Source: an uncultured euryarchaeote (GTDB lineage: Archaea; Thermoplasmatota; Poseidoniia; Poseidoniales; Poseidoniaceae). Taken from it: a stretch of DNA of 64,000 nucleotides. Positions within the stretch are counted from its first letter, which is position 1. Each line of letters opens with the position of its first letter. The notes below the pieces were generated by a model, which searched no databases, was not told the origin of the DNA, and worked only from the letters and a program-made list of their open reading frames with translations. Positions 1 through 9,374 of this stretch are shown here, piece by piece. The position numbers were made by a program, and so were the translations under genes. The stretch spans positions 361 to 64,360 of the forward strand of contig CALDPP010000012.1 in the NCBI GenBank assembly GCA_937911345.1. Direction: 5' to 3'.

Positions 1-1
1 G

Positions 2-190
2 ATGATGCAAACCATCACTAATGGCGCTGCTGGTGTATATTGTTCAACTGGCTCTCAAGCAGCCAATGGCGTAACCAAAGAAAATGCTGCAGAAATACTG
101 CTTGCAGATTATGATGACTGGATGACTTGGAGTGGCCCTCCAGGAGTCATATCACTTAGTGCATCATCTGATGTACAACTAGTTTACTAA
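2..190 (+). CDS. C-terminal fragment of an upstream ORF that runs off the window start; function unknown
   Basis: Open frame to the window edge ending at the stop at 188-190. It has no recognisable motif. Confidence 0.25.
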   Translation: MMQTITNGAAGVYCSTGSQAANGVTKENAAEILLADYDDWMTWSGPPGVISLSASSDVQLVY

Positions 191-211
191 AGCAAAGCGA
201 CGATTTATTGA

Positions 212-856
212 GTGATTCACTTAGGGCCAATCATGGGCAAAAGACCTGCTACCGATGTATTTCACGACTGGGCATTAGTTGGCAAAGATGAGGGGATGGA
301 AAGAGGCCACGCTGCTTCAGTTAGTGAAATGCTATCATTTATCTCAAAGCAGGTAGAAGTTTCCGGCAAAGCATTCAGTGCGGTTGACGTTGGTTGTGGC
401 AATGGATGGGTTGTTCGTAAATTACAGTCTCATGACAAATGTGATTATGCTATGGGAATTGATGGTGCTGAAGCAATGATTGCTAAGGCGAAAACTATCG
501 ATGAAAAAACAGATTATATTCATGCCTTATTACCTGAATATCAACCTGATCGTAAATTCGATTTTGTTCATTCAATGGAGTTCTTGTATTACCTTAATGA
601 CCCGGAAAATATGCTAAAATTGTTCCATGATAATTGGCTGGAAGATGGCGGTTGGGCGGTGATTGGTATAGATCACTATGCTGAAAATGAAGACAGTTTA
701 TCCTGGCCAGAATATGTCGGAGTTCACATGGCAACGAGGACTACTAAAGAATGGGTAAAGGCATGGCAAGATGCTGGTTTCGTCAATATCAATCACTGGG
801 TTGCAGGAGGAGATAATGGCGTAACTCTAGTCATCACTGGACAAAGACAGGCTTAA
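212..856 (+). CDS. Class I SAM-dependent methyltransferase
   Basis: Motif I 'VDVGCGNGWVVRKL' (glycine-rich SAM-binding loop) with a downstream acidic residue. 214 aa, typical size. Confidence 0.6.
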   Translation: MIHLGPIMGKRPATDVFHDWALVGKDEGMERGHAASVSEMLSFISKQVEVSGKAFSAVDVGCGNGWVVRKLQSHDKCDYAMGIDGAEAMIAKAKTIDEKTDYIHALLPEYQPDRKFDFVHSMEFLYYLNDPENMLKLFHDNWLEDGGWAVIGIDHYAENEDSLSWPEYVGVHMATRTTKEWVKAWQDAGFVNINHWVAGGDNGVTLVITGQRQA

Positions 857-3800
857 TCCTGTGGCTCAATTCCCGTGTTCCAGCAAACCATAGCATGCTC
901 CATAGTCATCCTATCTGGCTCATCGATACTCTGCGGATTTGCTGCTAATTGGCCAATCCAAACTAACTGCTCATCTAATTCATCCATTGTTTGCTGGTAA
1001 TGTTCCTTTGACATTTCAACCGTTCTACCAGACGCAGCAATCAAAATAGCAGGCGGTAGTACAGTTCTTCTTTCTTCGATTGGCTTTTCAGCCTCAATCG
1101 CTTCGAGTGCTTTAGAATACAATGTTAATTGATACTTATATTTGTCAATAATATCATGTTCCGCCTGATTTGATGGATGGAAATTGTGTAAATCACCATT
1201 AAATTGCTGTAATGCAGTACCATGTTTTGGATCGTCAAAATTAAACCCATACAAACAGCCTGTGGTCTTCATATCAACCACCTGCAAGTAACCATTTCCG
1301 GCATCGTCAGAATATGCCATCACTAAGTCTGCCCGGCCTTCAAAAATGATTTCTACATTTGCCACGTTAGAAATTTCTTGCAGAATATTGTTTCTAAACA
1401 CCTTTCTTGGAGAATTAACCTTCACTATGTGATTGTACAAAAATGGTAACTCGGTCCGCAGTCCTTCGGCTTTACGTCCGTGTAATTTCTCTCCTTTAGC
1501 ATATCTACCAGTCAGTCCTTGGTCAACTAGATTAGCAACACTTTGCATTCGTTCAAATGTTGCATTGAAACGCTTAGTATTGCCTTTATCCGATTTATTA
1601 AAACCAAATTCACCAAGAACTATTTCGATTGACTCATCTGATGTCAAATCATGTTCAGGTTTGTTAAACCAACTATTTGGCAATGGCTTCGTAGGTTTTG
1701 CGTTATATTTGCTAGGATTATCTAAACTAATTTCTACCAATCTGTGCATCATCAAACCAAATTCAACTGCAGTGGGTAAATTTCCTATTTTTTCTGGCAC
1801 TGATGAAGTCTTTTCCAGCAGTTTACTCAACCGATGATTATTCCAATTGGTCAAATTATTAGGCCAGTGATGCTTGCGACATTTCACACTGTTGTCCAAA
1901 GAATTAGCGCCCAATTTCAGGGTATGTGTTACGTTTTTGCTGATCTTTATGGTGCTCTGAGGTGAATTTTTTGCCGTTATTTTATCCTCTATGGCACTCC
2001 ATCTTTCAATTGGTGTAACCGGCTTAGCATCTGAAAAACAATCAGGATTGTGAAAAATTGCCATTGACCTAATATTATCCTCACCCAGTTGAGAATTGAA
2101 GTAGATCGTCACAGGATCTAAAGAAACATCATGCTCCTGATATTCACCTAATTCTTCAACACCAATATCACCAGGTTTGAGCCAAGGAGATTCTAATTGA
2201 TTCTGTTTGTGTGCACCTGCCCTCAAACCTTCCATCCACATATGCCCCATCGTTTTCTCAGATGGTTTGCTGGTGAATTGTATCATACCGGTTTCCGGAC
2301 AAATCTGGCCTTTATTTGTTGAATTTCCAACAATAATCAAATGATTTTCAACTCTTGTTAGTGCCACATAAAATTCCCTTCTACGCTCGGCTTGGTTTTG
2401 AGCACTGTTGATATTTTTTGTGAATTCCCACAAACCATCATCCGGACGTTCCAGAGATGCCCATGGATTTATCCTTCCAGAGATAATCTCCGGAGTCACT
2501 AGGACATTCTCTCTAGTCGTTATATTTGCATCATAACGTCCTGCTTGGAAAATTCCAGATACTACGACTACTTTTGATTCCAAGCCTTTAGCACCATGCA
2601 CTGTCATGATTTTTACTGCCCCTGATGATGGCGTTGCAGAAGCTTGTGGGCCTTTGTTTGCAAGACCACGTAATGCTTCTAATTGAGCGAATATTTCTGC
2701 AGGATTATGGCCGCAATCGTTTCCAATATCGTAGATTAAGTTGCACCATTGCTCAGCATTTTGTCTCGATGAGTCATCGGGATAAGCAAATAATAAATCT
2801 GAATTATCTAGAATATCGCTTACAATATCATGGATATTGTAACCAATGATTTGTTTGTCAATATGTTCCAGTAATCTAGCAACACTGGGATTTGGAACAA
2901 ATCCGGCAAGTGTCTTCCACCAGTTGTCTGATTGCTCATGAGTGGTCAAAAGTTGATTCAATTCTTTGTCTGTTAGGCCAATAATGGGAGATTTAGCGAC
3001 TGTAGCTGCGGCAAATTTTGAGCTTGGATTAGCAAGTAAATCTAGGGCTGACATCAAATTAACTACTATTGGTTGCTCAAGCAATTGCCCCTGTTTATCA
3101 GAAATAACCGGTATGCCTCTTGCTTGCAGTCGATTAATTAAATCAACAATATGAGTTCTTGAGTGAATTAGTATCGTAATATCGCTTGGTTTGACCGTTT
3201 CGGAGGGTTTCTCTAATGTCATGTATTCTTGTTTTGATGGATTCCAAATACTACAAGGCCTCCCTTGAATCAGGTTTTGTAATCTCAAAGCAATCATTTC
3301 ATGCTCTAAGTGGATCGATTTGGGGGTTGATTGGTTGAATACCTCGTTATCTGTTTGCGGGATGTTTTCAAGTGACATCGGCATTAACCACTCTAACTTT
3401 CCATATGGCGTATCTTTTTTGGCTGGCTGCAGAGGTTGAGCTTTTGCATGATAATCACCTGGTAAACTATGGTGTCTTTCGTCAAAAACATCTGCGAAAA
3501 TCTGATTCAAAGTGTTGAGTAAATCATGAGCGGTACGGAAATTGGAAGTAAGGTCTATGTGTCCTAAACGCCTTTTTTCAATTATGGTCTCATCTTCAAT
3601 CGTCTCATTTAAGTCCGTTTTATTCAATGGAACTGTATTGAATTCTCCTTTGTACACCGGCAAGTCACTAGATGATTTTGGCGATTTAATGAAAGCATCC
3701 TTGCCAGCAATTGGTCTTGGGTCTCGTCCAAAATTTAAATCTCTGAATTCAAAAGTAGTATTGTGGAATTCAATTTCATTCATCCGCTTAATATTTTCAA

Positions 3801-5691
3801 CCGTTCGGCGCATAACTGTGACTTCGGCCTGTCTAAAACGGTAAATACTCTGCTTCATATCGCCAACAATACAAACGGTTGGATCCCAAGGGCCATGAGA
3901 ATCTGAGGTTTCATTGATTCTTCTTGACCCCCATAGTCTAGAAAGTAATCTAAAGTGTGCTGGATTGGTATCTTGGTATTCATCGACTATGAATGCTAAA
4001 AATTGTTGTCGGATTGTCTTCAATACACCAACTCGTCGTTCGAAATCATCCCGCCATTGTGGATATTTATCGCTAATCAATTGCCTTGCTCGCTCTATGT
4101 GATAATCTGTCCAAGGCTCATTTCCAAGGTTATCCAAAGCATCTACTACGTCTACCGGGTAGTCGTAACGAACCATCTCTGGGCATCTTGCGAGTAGTAA
4201 GTCGGCAGCCAATCGTTGAATATCATCAAAGTCATGGACGTTCTCCTGCATTTTTCTTAAGGTTAGAATTTGTTGACAGCCTTTGTGAACAATCAACAAA
4301 TCTCGCAGCACAGAAAGTTGTAACTCCTTTGATACTCTGATGCGCCCTATTGGTGGCTCTGGCGTCAAAATTGCCGTCATCTCAGTATAATTCAAGCCAC
4401 TTGTTTCGGGTAAAAATGACAGCGGGATGCGGGGGTCAAATGTGTATGAGCTTCGTCCTAAAATTTTGGCTAACTTCCCATTATTGCTATTCAGAATATC
4501 ATTTGCCTGTTGAGCAAGCGGATTTGCTTGCCCGGTAATTAATGAAATTTCTTTCCGCGAAAGATTGACTTTGCTATTGGTTTGTATTCCACCTGGCCAT
4601 CCATCGCTCTTTGGTAATTTGTTGCGTGGGAAATGGTTGTGATTGGCTCCGTCAAGAGATGATTTAGATGTGCATGAAACAGCAACTAGCCAGAACCATT
4701 GTAATTTGCCAATGTTATCATCTGGATGGATATTTCTAGCTAATTCAACTAGTTGGTTGAAACGAGTTCTGTCACTATCAATTTCTTGTTCGAAGTCTAA
4801 AATAAACTCTCCGTGATGTGCTAAATAAGTATCCAACCAATTATTCAAGACACCGCGTAATTCTGTACAAAGGTTGTCAATAAAAGATTCAGCAGGTCTG
4901 CCAATCAAATCAAGAATTATCTCTGGATCTACTAATTCGGTCTCTCGCCAATCAATGCCCTTTTCCTCTGATTTTTGTTTAATTGATCGTTTGGTTTCTT
5001 CAACAAATAATGAGGTGTTAAGTAGCCCAGACAGTACTGTTTCGGCATTTTGTTGGCCACCCAATAAGATTGCGAGGTTGTTTCGCGCGTCGATGAAACC
5101 CTGTCGATCTCCGAGTACACCTGCCTCCATAGCATCATATTTTGTTCTAATACGCCATGCTGAATTAATTGTTTCAGAAATTAACATTGGAGATCTAGTT
5201 TCTGCAATCTGATCGCCAGCCGGCTGTGTGGTTAAGATATCAAGATATGGCGTAACTAATCGTGATAAAAATGCATCAATTGTTGAGATCGGGGCATCTT
5301 CTAGCCTACTCAAGAGCATTTCAACATCACCATCCGTTATTGAGTAGAGATTGATGTCCGTATTGTTGAGTCGCTTTCTAATCCTATTACGTAGCTCTGA
5401 TGCAGCCTTTCTGGTAAATGTGATGGCTACTACTTCGCTTGGCAACAGCCCTTTCCATTCGACCAGATTACTTCTTTCTCTAGCTGGTGCGCGTAGTGCA
5501 CCTTGGCCTTGTAATGGGACCCGTGGTCCGTTTGGCAGTAAGCGTTTTGCTCTTTGATGTTCAGCGAGTAAATGCTGTATATATCGTTCAGCCATAACTG
5601 CGGTTTTTCCTGTTCCAGCACCAGCATCAATCGCAATGTGCTTGTCCAGATCAAGCCCCAAACGCTGGCTAATGTTAAACGGGAAGCTCAT
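853..5691 (-). CDS. addA: AddA/RexA-like ATP-dependent helicase-nuclease (UvrD/Rep superfamily 1 helicase with a C-terminal RecB-family PD-(D/E)xK nuclease)
   Basis: N-terminal Walker A 'AIDAGAGTGKTAV', motif Ia 'AITFTRKAASELRNRI', motif II 'VDEYQDTNP' and motif VI-like 'VHGAKGLESKVVVV'. The C-terminal nuclease motifs are 'GRADLVM ... VVDMKT'. 1612 aa. A 4-nt start/stop overlap with the upstream addB-like gene implies translational coupling. Confidence 0.8.
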   Translation of the reverse strand: MSFPFNISQRLGLDLDKHIAIDAGAGTGKTAVMAERYIQHLLAEHQRAKRLLPNGPRVPLQGQGALRAPARERSNLVEWKGLLPSEVVAITFTRKAASELRNRIRKRLNNTDINLYSITDGDVEMLLSRLEDAPISTIDAFLSRLVTPYLDILTTQPAGDQIAETRSPMLISETINSAWRIRTKYDAMEAGVLGDRQGFIDARNNLAILLGGQQNAETVLSGLLNTSLFVEETKRSIKQKSEEKGIDWRETELVDPEIILDLIGRPAESFIDNLCTELRGVLNNWLDTYLAHHGEFILDFEQEIDSDRTRFNQLVELARNIHPDDNIGKLQWFWLVAVSCTSKSSLDGANHNHFPRNKLPKSDGWPGGIQTNSKVNLSRKEISLITGQANPLAQQANDILNSNNGKLAKILGRSSYTFDPRIPLSFLPETSGLNYTEMTAILTPEPPIGRIRVSKELQLSVLRDLLIVHKGCQQILTLRKMQENVHDFDDIQRLAADLLLARCPEMVRYDYPVDVVDALDNLGNEPWTDYHIERARQLISDKYPQWRDDFERRVGVLKTIRQQFLAFIVDEYQDTNPAHFRLLSRLWGSRRINETSDSHGPWDPTVCIVGDMKQSIYRFRQAEVTVMRRTVENIKRMNEIEFHNTTFEFRDLNFGRDPRPIAGKDAFIKSPKSSSDLPVYKGEFNTVPLNKTDLNETIEDETIIEKRRLGHIDLTSNFRTAHDLLNTLNQIFADVFDERHHSLPGDYHAKAQPLQPAKKDTPYGKLEWLMPMSLENIPQTDNEVFNQSTPKSIHLEHEMIALRLQNLIQGRPCSIWNPSKQEYMTLEKPSETVKPSDITILIHSRTHIVDLINRLQARGIPVISDKQGQLLEQPIVVNLMSALDLLANPSSKFAAATVAKSPIIGLTDKELNQLLTTHEQSDNWWKTLAGFVPNPSVARLLEHIDKQIIGYNIHDIVSDILDNSDLLFAYPDDSSRQNAEQWCNLIYDIGNDCGHNPAEIFAQLEALRGLANKGPQASATPSSGAVKIMTVHGAKGLESKVVVVSGIFQAGRYDANITTRENVLVTPEIISGRINPWASLERPDDGLWEFTKNINSAQNQAERRREFYVALTRVENHLIIVGNSTNKGQICPETGMIQFTSKPSEKTMGHMWMEGLRAGAHKQNQLESPWLKPGDIGVEELGEYQEHDVSLDPVTIYFNSQLGEDNIRSMAIFHNPDCFSDAKPVTPIERWSAIEDKITAKNSPQSTIKISKNVTHTLKLGANSLDNSVKCRKHHWPNNLTNWNNHRLSKLLEKTSSVPEKIGNLPTAVEFGLMMHRLVEISLDNPSKYNAKPTKPLPNSWFNKPEHDLTSDESIEIVLGEFGFNKSDKGNTKRFNATFERMQSVANLVDQGLTGRYAKGEKLHGRKAEGLRTELPFLYNHIVKVNSPRKVFRNNILQEISNVANVEIIFEGRADLVMAYSDDAGNGYLQVVDMKTTGCLYGFNFDDPKHGTALQQFNGDLHNFHPSNQAEHDIIDKYKYQLTLYSKALEAIEAEKPIEERRTVLPPAILIAASGRTVEMSKEHYQQTMDELDEQLVWIGQLAANPQSIDEPDRMTMEHAMVCWNTGIEPQD

Positions 5692-8600
5692 AACTTACCC
5701 CCCAATTTCGCTGAAGGACACAATCTTCTGACTTTACAATATTTACAATCATCACTTACAGTTGGGTTGACATGGCCTGACTTTGCACTGTCTGCGACGC
5801 GTAAAGCAGTTCTAATTCGCTCATCCAGCCATGCTCGAAAACCATTGCTTTCTCCCAATTTTTCTTCTTCTAAATCCCGATATGTTTTGGAGGTATAATC
5901 GGTTATTTTACCGATTGATAAATCTTCAACTAATTCAGCATAATCCGGGTCTACCTCAACATAATATTCAGTTGTCTCACCCACTTCGGTAATACCAACT
6001 CCAATGACTCGGTCATCGGGGTATGCTGATTCCCATGCTTTAGCGTACAAAGCCAGTTGAAGTTCATCGAAAATAGCCCTTCTATGTCTTTCTCCGCGAA
6101 GATTGCTTTTCGGGCCATTCACAGTTTTCATATCTCTGATTATAATTAAACGCTGATTGTTATCCAGTCCGTGAGCATATAATTGGTCCACTCTATCTAT
6201 TCTTCCAGCTAATTCAAAATTTGATTTCTCGCCAGAATCTGCGATTCCTGTTATTGTTACTTGACTCTTTGAATTTGATGAAATTGGCCACTCACAAACC
6301 AGTGGTGCTGAATTCGTTAATGCTAAACTTGCTGTGAGATAATTGGCAATTTTACCCATTGGTTGAAGGATAGTTTCTCCATCAAGATGTTCTTGCCACA
6401 CATCTGGAGTTACTCCAATTATTTCTCTGCAACGGTGAACAGATACGGCGTTTTTTCTTGATAGCCAAGGACTTTTATCTGCAAGATATTCTAGCGATTT
6501 TAACCATAAATCGTTGATATCATTGTATGTTGAATCAACTATTGGTACTGATGAAACAAGCGGTTTATCAAACACTGGGACTCCATTGAGAGCCATTATC
6601 TCTGCTTCAATATCGTGCATCAACAAACCGCGTGTTCGGTTATCGACATCTTGGTTTTGCACTTCAGTAGTCGTTATCTGTAAAAAATTGGTCAGCCAAG
6701 CCTGCCTTGGACACTTTAGCCATGCTTGAAGGCGGTAGGGAGACCATCGCTTAGGCAGCAATTCCATGGTTGTTTTACCCATAACCGCTTGTAATGATGG
6801 GGGCAAGTCATGCTGCAAAGGAAGTGGTCTTGGATCGATTGCTGGGCTTATCCTATTGCCGTTTATTCTGTGGCCGAGGTTAGGCCAAGAAGTTGTAAAG
6901 CGAGTGTCAGAATTTGCTGATGTAGCGCCAGGCCTTAGGTTAATTGCCGAATAAGAAACCATGCTATTACGTTCGTGCCAATTCATTGAATGGCCAGCCT
7001 CAATGCTCTTCATCGATGGTTGAGAATTAATTATTCGATTATTTATCGGCAATTCATAAGCAACTGCAACTGCAGGCTTGTTATTAGGTAACAACTCTGG
7101 TTTCTTTCCGGCCTGTAAGGCAAGACCCGAACGTTGGCGAACATCTCTACCCAGATTACCGGACTTAGTGCTGGTCGGGTGTTCACCATCATATTCGGTG
7201 CTAAATATTCTAAGTTTCAAAGCCTTCTTTGTTCCAGTTTCTAACAAATCCCACGCTCTTAAGGGATTATTATTGTCATAATTTCTTTCGCTGACAATGT
7301 CGGGAACCTCAGAAAAAATTGACTCATCCACATTCACTTCTTCAAGCCATTCTGCCAATGGTGGACTTGGGCTTGCAGCCTCATCCAATGAGGTGTCAAT
7401 CACAATTATCGATTGATTAGCGTTAATGATGTGTCTTAATTCATGCCGGCCTTGTCTGATTTTGATATCTGGGTTCGCCAATCCCAACTTAACCTTAGTA
7501 GAATTATCTAACCAAGGGACATTGTTTGGTTTCATTGACCATGATTCTGAATCTAAGCCTGCAATAATCACTACATCTGCCGATTGCCCAAAAGCGTCTT
7601 TTGGTGTAGCAATAACTATGTTTTCACAATTAATTCTGCTTGAAGACTTGGTCTCATTTGAGGTAATCAATTTCACAGTATCAATGAAGTCTATACTGCG
7701 ATGATCATTTTTTCCGCTGGGCAAGTTGAGTTGTTTAAGTTGAGTAATTAATGATTCAACAGCAAGAATTCCATTGTTAAAACGTACATCGTCTGCCATT
7801 ATTTGATGCCATTCTATGCTCTTGATTAGCAAGTCTAGTAATTCTTCGGGGGCAGAAATATGTTCAATCAAAGGTAACTTTTCGCCGCTGTAACATCCTA
7901 TAACAGAAGTCGTATCTATTCCGACGTCTGCAACTACTTTCCACAAATTAATGATGTTGGATATCCACCATTGTGTCTCTTCCTGTTTAATAGCCATAGT
8001 ATCGTCATAATCGCCGATTTGTTGATTGGTTTGTGAAAGTGTGTTCCACCATCTTTCTGCCGCTCCTGGGCCACCCAAGACATGGAAGCCGCGGGCTATT
8101 CCTTCCAACACATCGATATGCGGACGAGGCGTTATTGCCAAATTTGTGGGATGAGTTAGTTCAAAATTTAGTGTAATACTACTACTATTTGCCAAACGCC
8201 TTAATCTTTCGAAGGACCAAGCTTCAAGGCCACTAGCAAGTTGTAAATGATGAATTAATTCTTGGATTAAGGGCTCTTGATTAATCGTTTGCTCAGATTT
8301 CTTAGCATGAATTCCAAATTGTCTTAGCAAATCTCGCCATTTATGTTCCCTAGCCGACAAGTCTGCATCAATAATTAGAACCCTGTTATCTGGATTAATA
8401 TCTAAAGAATCAAGTAAAATTGAAGTTGCATTTAACGTATGGCTACTACGTTCAACAACAATTCTATGATATTTGGAATTCATACTCTTTGATACGCTTG
8501 ATTGCCACTGAGCATCGTAATCTGCCGGAACTACTTCGTGAGTCGGTACCCATGAAGGCAAATCAGCTTGATTACACCATTTGACATCTTCAAGATAAGC

Positions 8601-9374
8601 GCCACTATAGCCTAATCTAAACTTACCAGGATTACATAACTGATGAATTGGCACGAACTGTGATATTTTTGCGAATATTTGTCGTTCGATTTCACTGAAT
8701 TCAGGAGGGTGGTCAAGGATAATTATGCCATCAAGGTCTCGTAGGTTAAACGGTAGGGTTGCTTCTGTTACGTCTTTCAATAATCGGTTTAAGTGATATT
8801 GCATTAAGTCCGGGTGAGTCCCCGATAATGATTTTTCAACGGCAAAAAGCACATTCCTAAACTCGGTTATACCCGGATCTGATTCCCATCTAGGTATTTT
8901 TGGTAATTTAGCTATCTCTTTGTGTAACTGAAGTAATCTTTGAGTTTTACCAAGACCCCATTGTTTACCATTCATATGCAATAACGGGAATTTTCCTTTA
9001 GTTGCCCTTGTTACACATTCTCGATGTGTTTCGAATAGCAGAACGCTATCTTCATCGATGACATTTGGCTGCCGTAAATCAGTAAGTAATGCCCTAATCA
9101 ATCGCTTTATTGTTAGGTGTCTAGACGAATCGATAGATGAATTCATTTTAGATAATTGATTTAATTTGCTCTGGCGAGAGGACTCATTAGGGTACAAGAT
9201 TAGCAAATTTCTGTGTTCTACTTGGCAAATCACATCTTGTAGCCAAATTGGCATGATTGCTCCGCTAGGGGTTGATTCTATCGAAATATTATGTAACAAT
9301 TTAGCCATAATGAAACCCCCGTACGCACTACCAGAATAGCGATGGTTATTGAACACTATTCCTGAATTTACCAA
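5688..9374 (-). CDS. addB: AddB/RexB-like subunit: degenerate helicase plus C-terminal RecB-family nuclease with an Fe-S cluster motif
   Basis: C-terminal 'GRIDRVD ... IIIRDMKT' nuclease motifs are followed by 'DDCKYCKVRRLC' (CxxCx5C), the cysteine arrangement of the AddB iron-sulfur nuclease domain. The Walker-A-like 'GKQWGLGKT' sits about 125 aa from the ORF start. The addB-addA gene order matches Bacillus. The real start may be internal, since the ORF start overlaps the divergent gene at 9349. Confidence 0.7.
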   Translation of the reverse strand: MVNSGIVFNNHRYSGSAYGGFIMAKLLHNISIESTPSGAIMPIWLQDVICQVEHRNLLILYPNESSRQSKLNQLSKMNSSIDSSRHLTIKRLIRALLTDLRQPNVIDEDSVLLFETHRECVTRATKGKFPLLHMNGKQWGLGKTQRLLQLHKEIAKLPKIPRWESDPGITEFRNVLFAVEKSLSGTHPDLMQYHLNRLLKDVTEATLPFNLRDLDGIIILDHPPEFSEIERQIFAKISQFVPIHQLCNPGKFRLGYSGAYLEDVKWCNQADLPSWVPTHEVVPADYDAQWQSSVSKSMNSKYHRIVVERSSHTLNATSILLDSLDINPDNRVLIIDADLSAREHKWRDLLRQFGIHAKKSEQTINQEPLIQELIHHLQLASGLEAWSFERLRRLANSSSITLNFELTHPTNLAITPRPHIDVLEGIARGFHVLGGPGAAERWWNTLSQTNQQIGDYDDTMAIKQEETQWWISNIINLWKVVADVGIDTTSVIGCYSGEKLPLIEHISAPEELLDLLIKSIEWHQIMADDVRFNNGILAVESLITQLKQLNLPSGKNDHRSIDFIDTVKLITSNETKSSSRINCENIVIATPKDAFGQSADVVIIAGLDSESWSMKPNNVPWLDNSTKVKLGLANPDIKIRQGRHELRHIINANQSIIVIDTSLDEAASPSPPLAEWLEEVNVDESIFSEVPDIVSERNYDNNNPLRAWDLLETGTKKALKLRIFSTEYDGEHPTSTKSGNLGRDVRQRSGLALQAGKKPELLPNNKPAVAVAYELPINNRIINSQPSMKSIEAGHSMNWHERNSMVSYSAINLRPGATSANSDTRFTTSWPNLGHRINGNRISPAIDPRPLPLQHDLPPSLQAVMGKTTMELLPKRWSPYRLQAWLKCPRQAWLTNFLQITTTEVQNQDVDNRTRGLLMHDIEAEIMALNGVPVFDKPLVSSVPIVDSTYNDINDLWLKSLEYLADKSPWLSRKNAVSVHRCREIIGVTPDVWQEHLDGETILQPMGKIANYLTASLALTNSAPLVCEWPISSNSKSQVTITGIADSGEKSNFELAGRIDRVDQLYAHGLDNNQRLIIIRDMKTVNGPKSNLRGERHRRAIFDELQLALYAKAWESAYPDDRVIGVGITEVGETTEYYVEVDPDYAELVEDLSIGKITDYTSKTYRDLEEEKLGESNGFRAWLDERIRTALRVADSAKSGHVNPTVSDDCKYCKVRRLCPSAKLGGKL

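Noticed and set aside
1433-1837. Many 60-190-aa ORFs from the six-frame track lie inside or antisense to the large genes. Examples are 1433..1837, 2625..2849, 3542..3844, 6514..6729, 26361..26945, 27081..27644, 31800..32597 and 34890..35378.
   Set aside because: Each is fully embedded in a longer ORF that carries clear conserved motifs on the other strand or frame. Their sequences are low-complexity, with no motifs, so they are chance ORFs.
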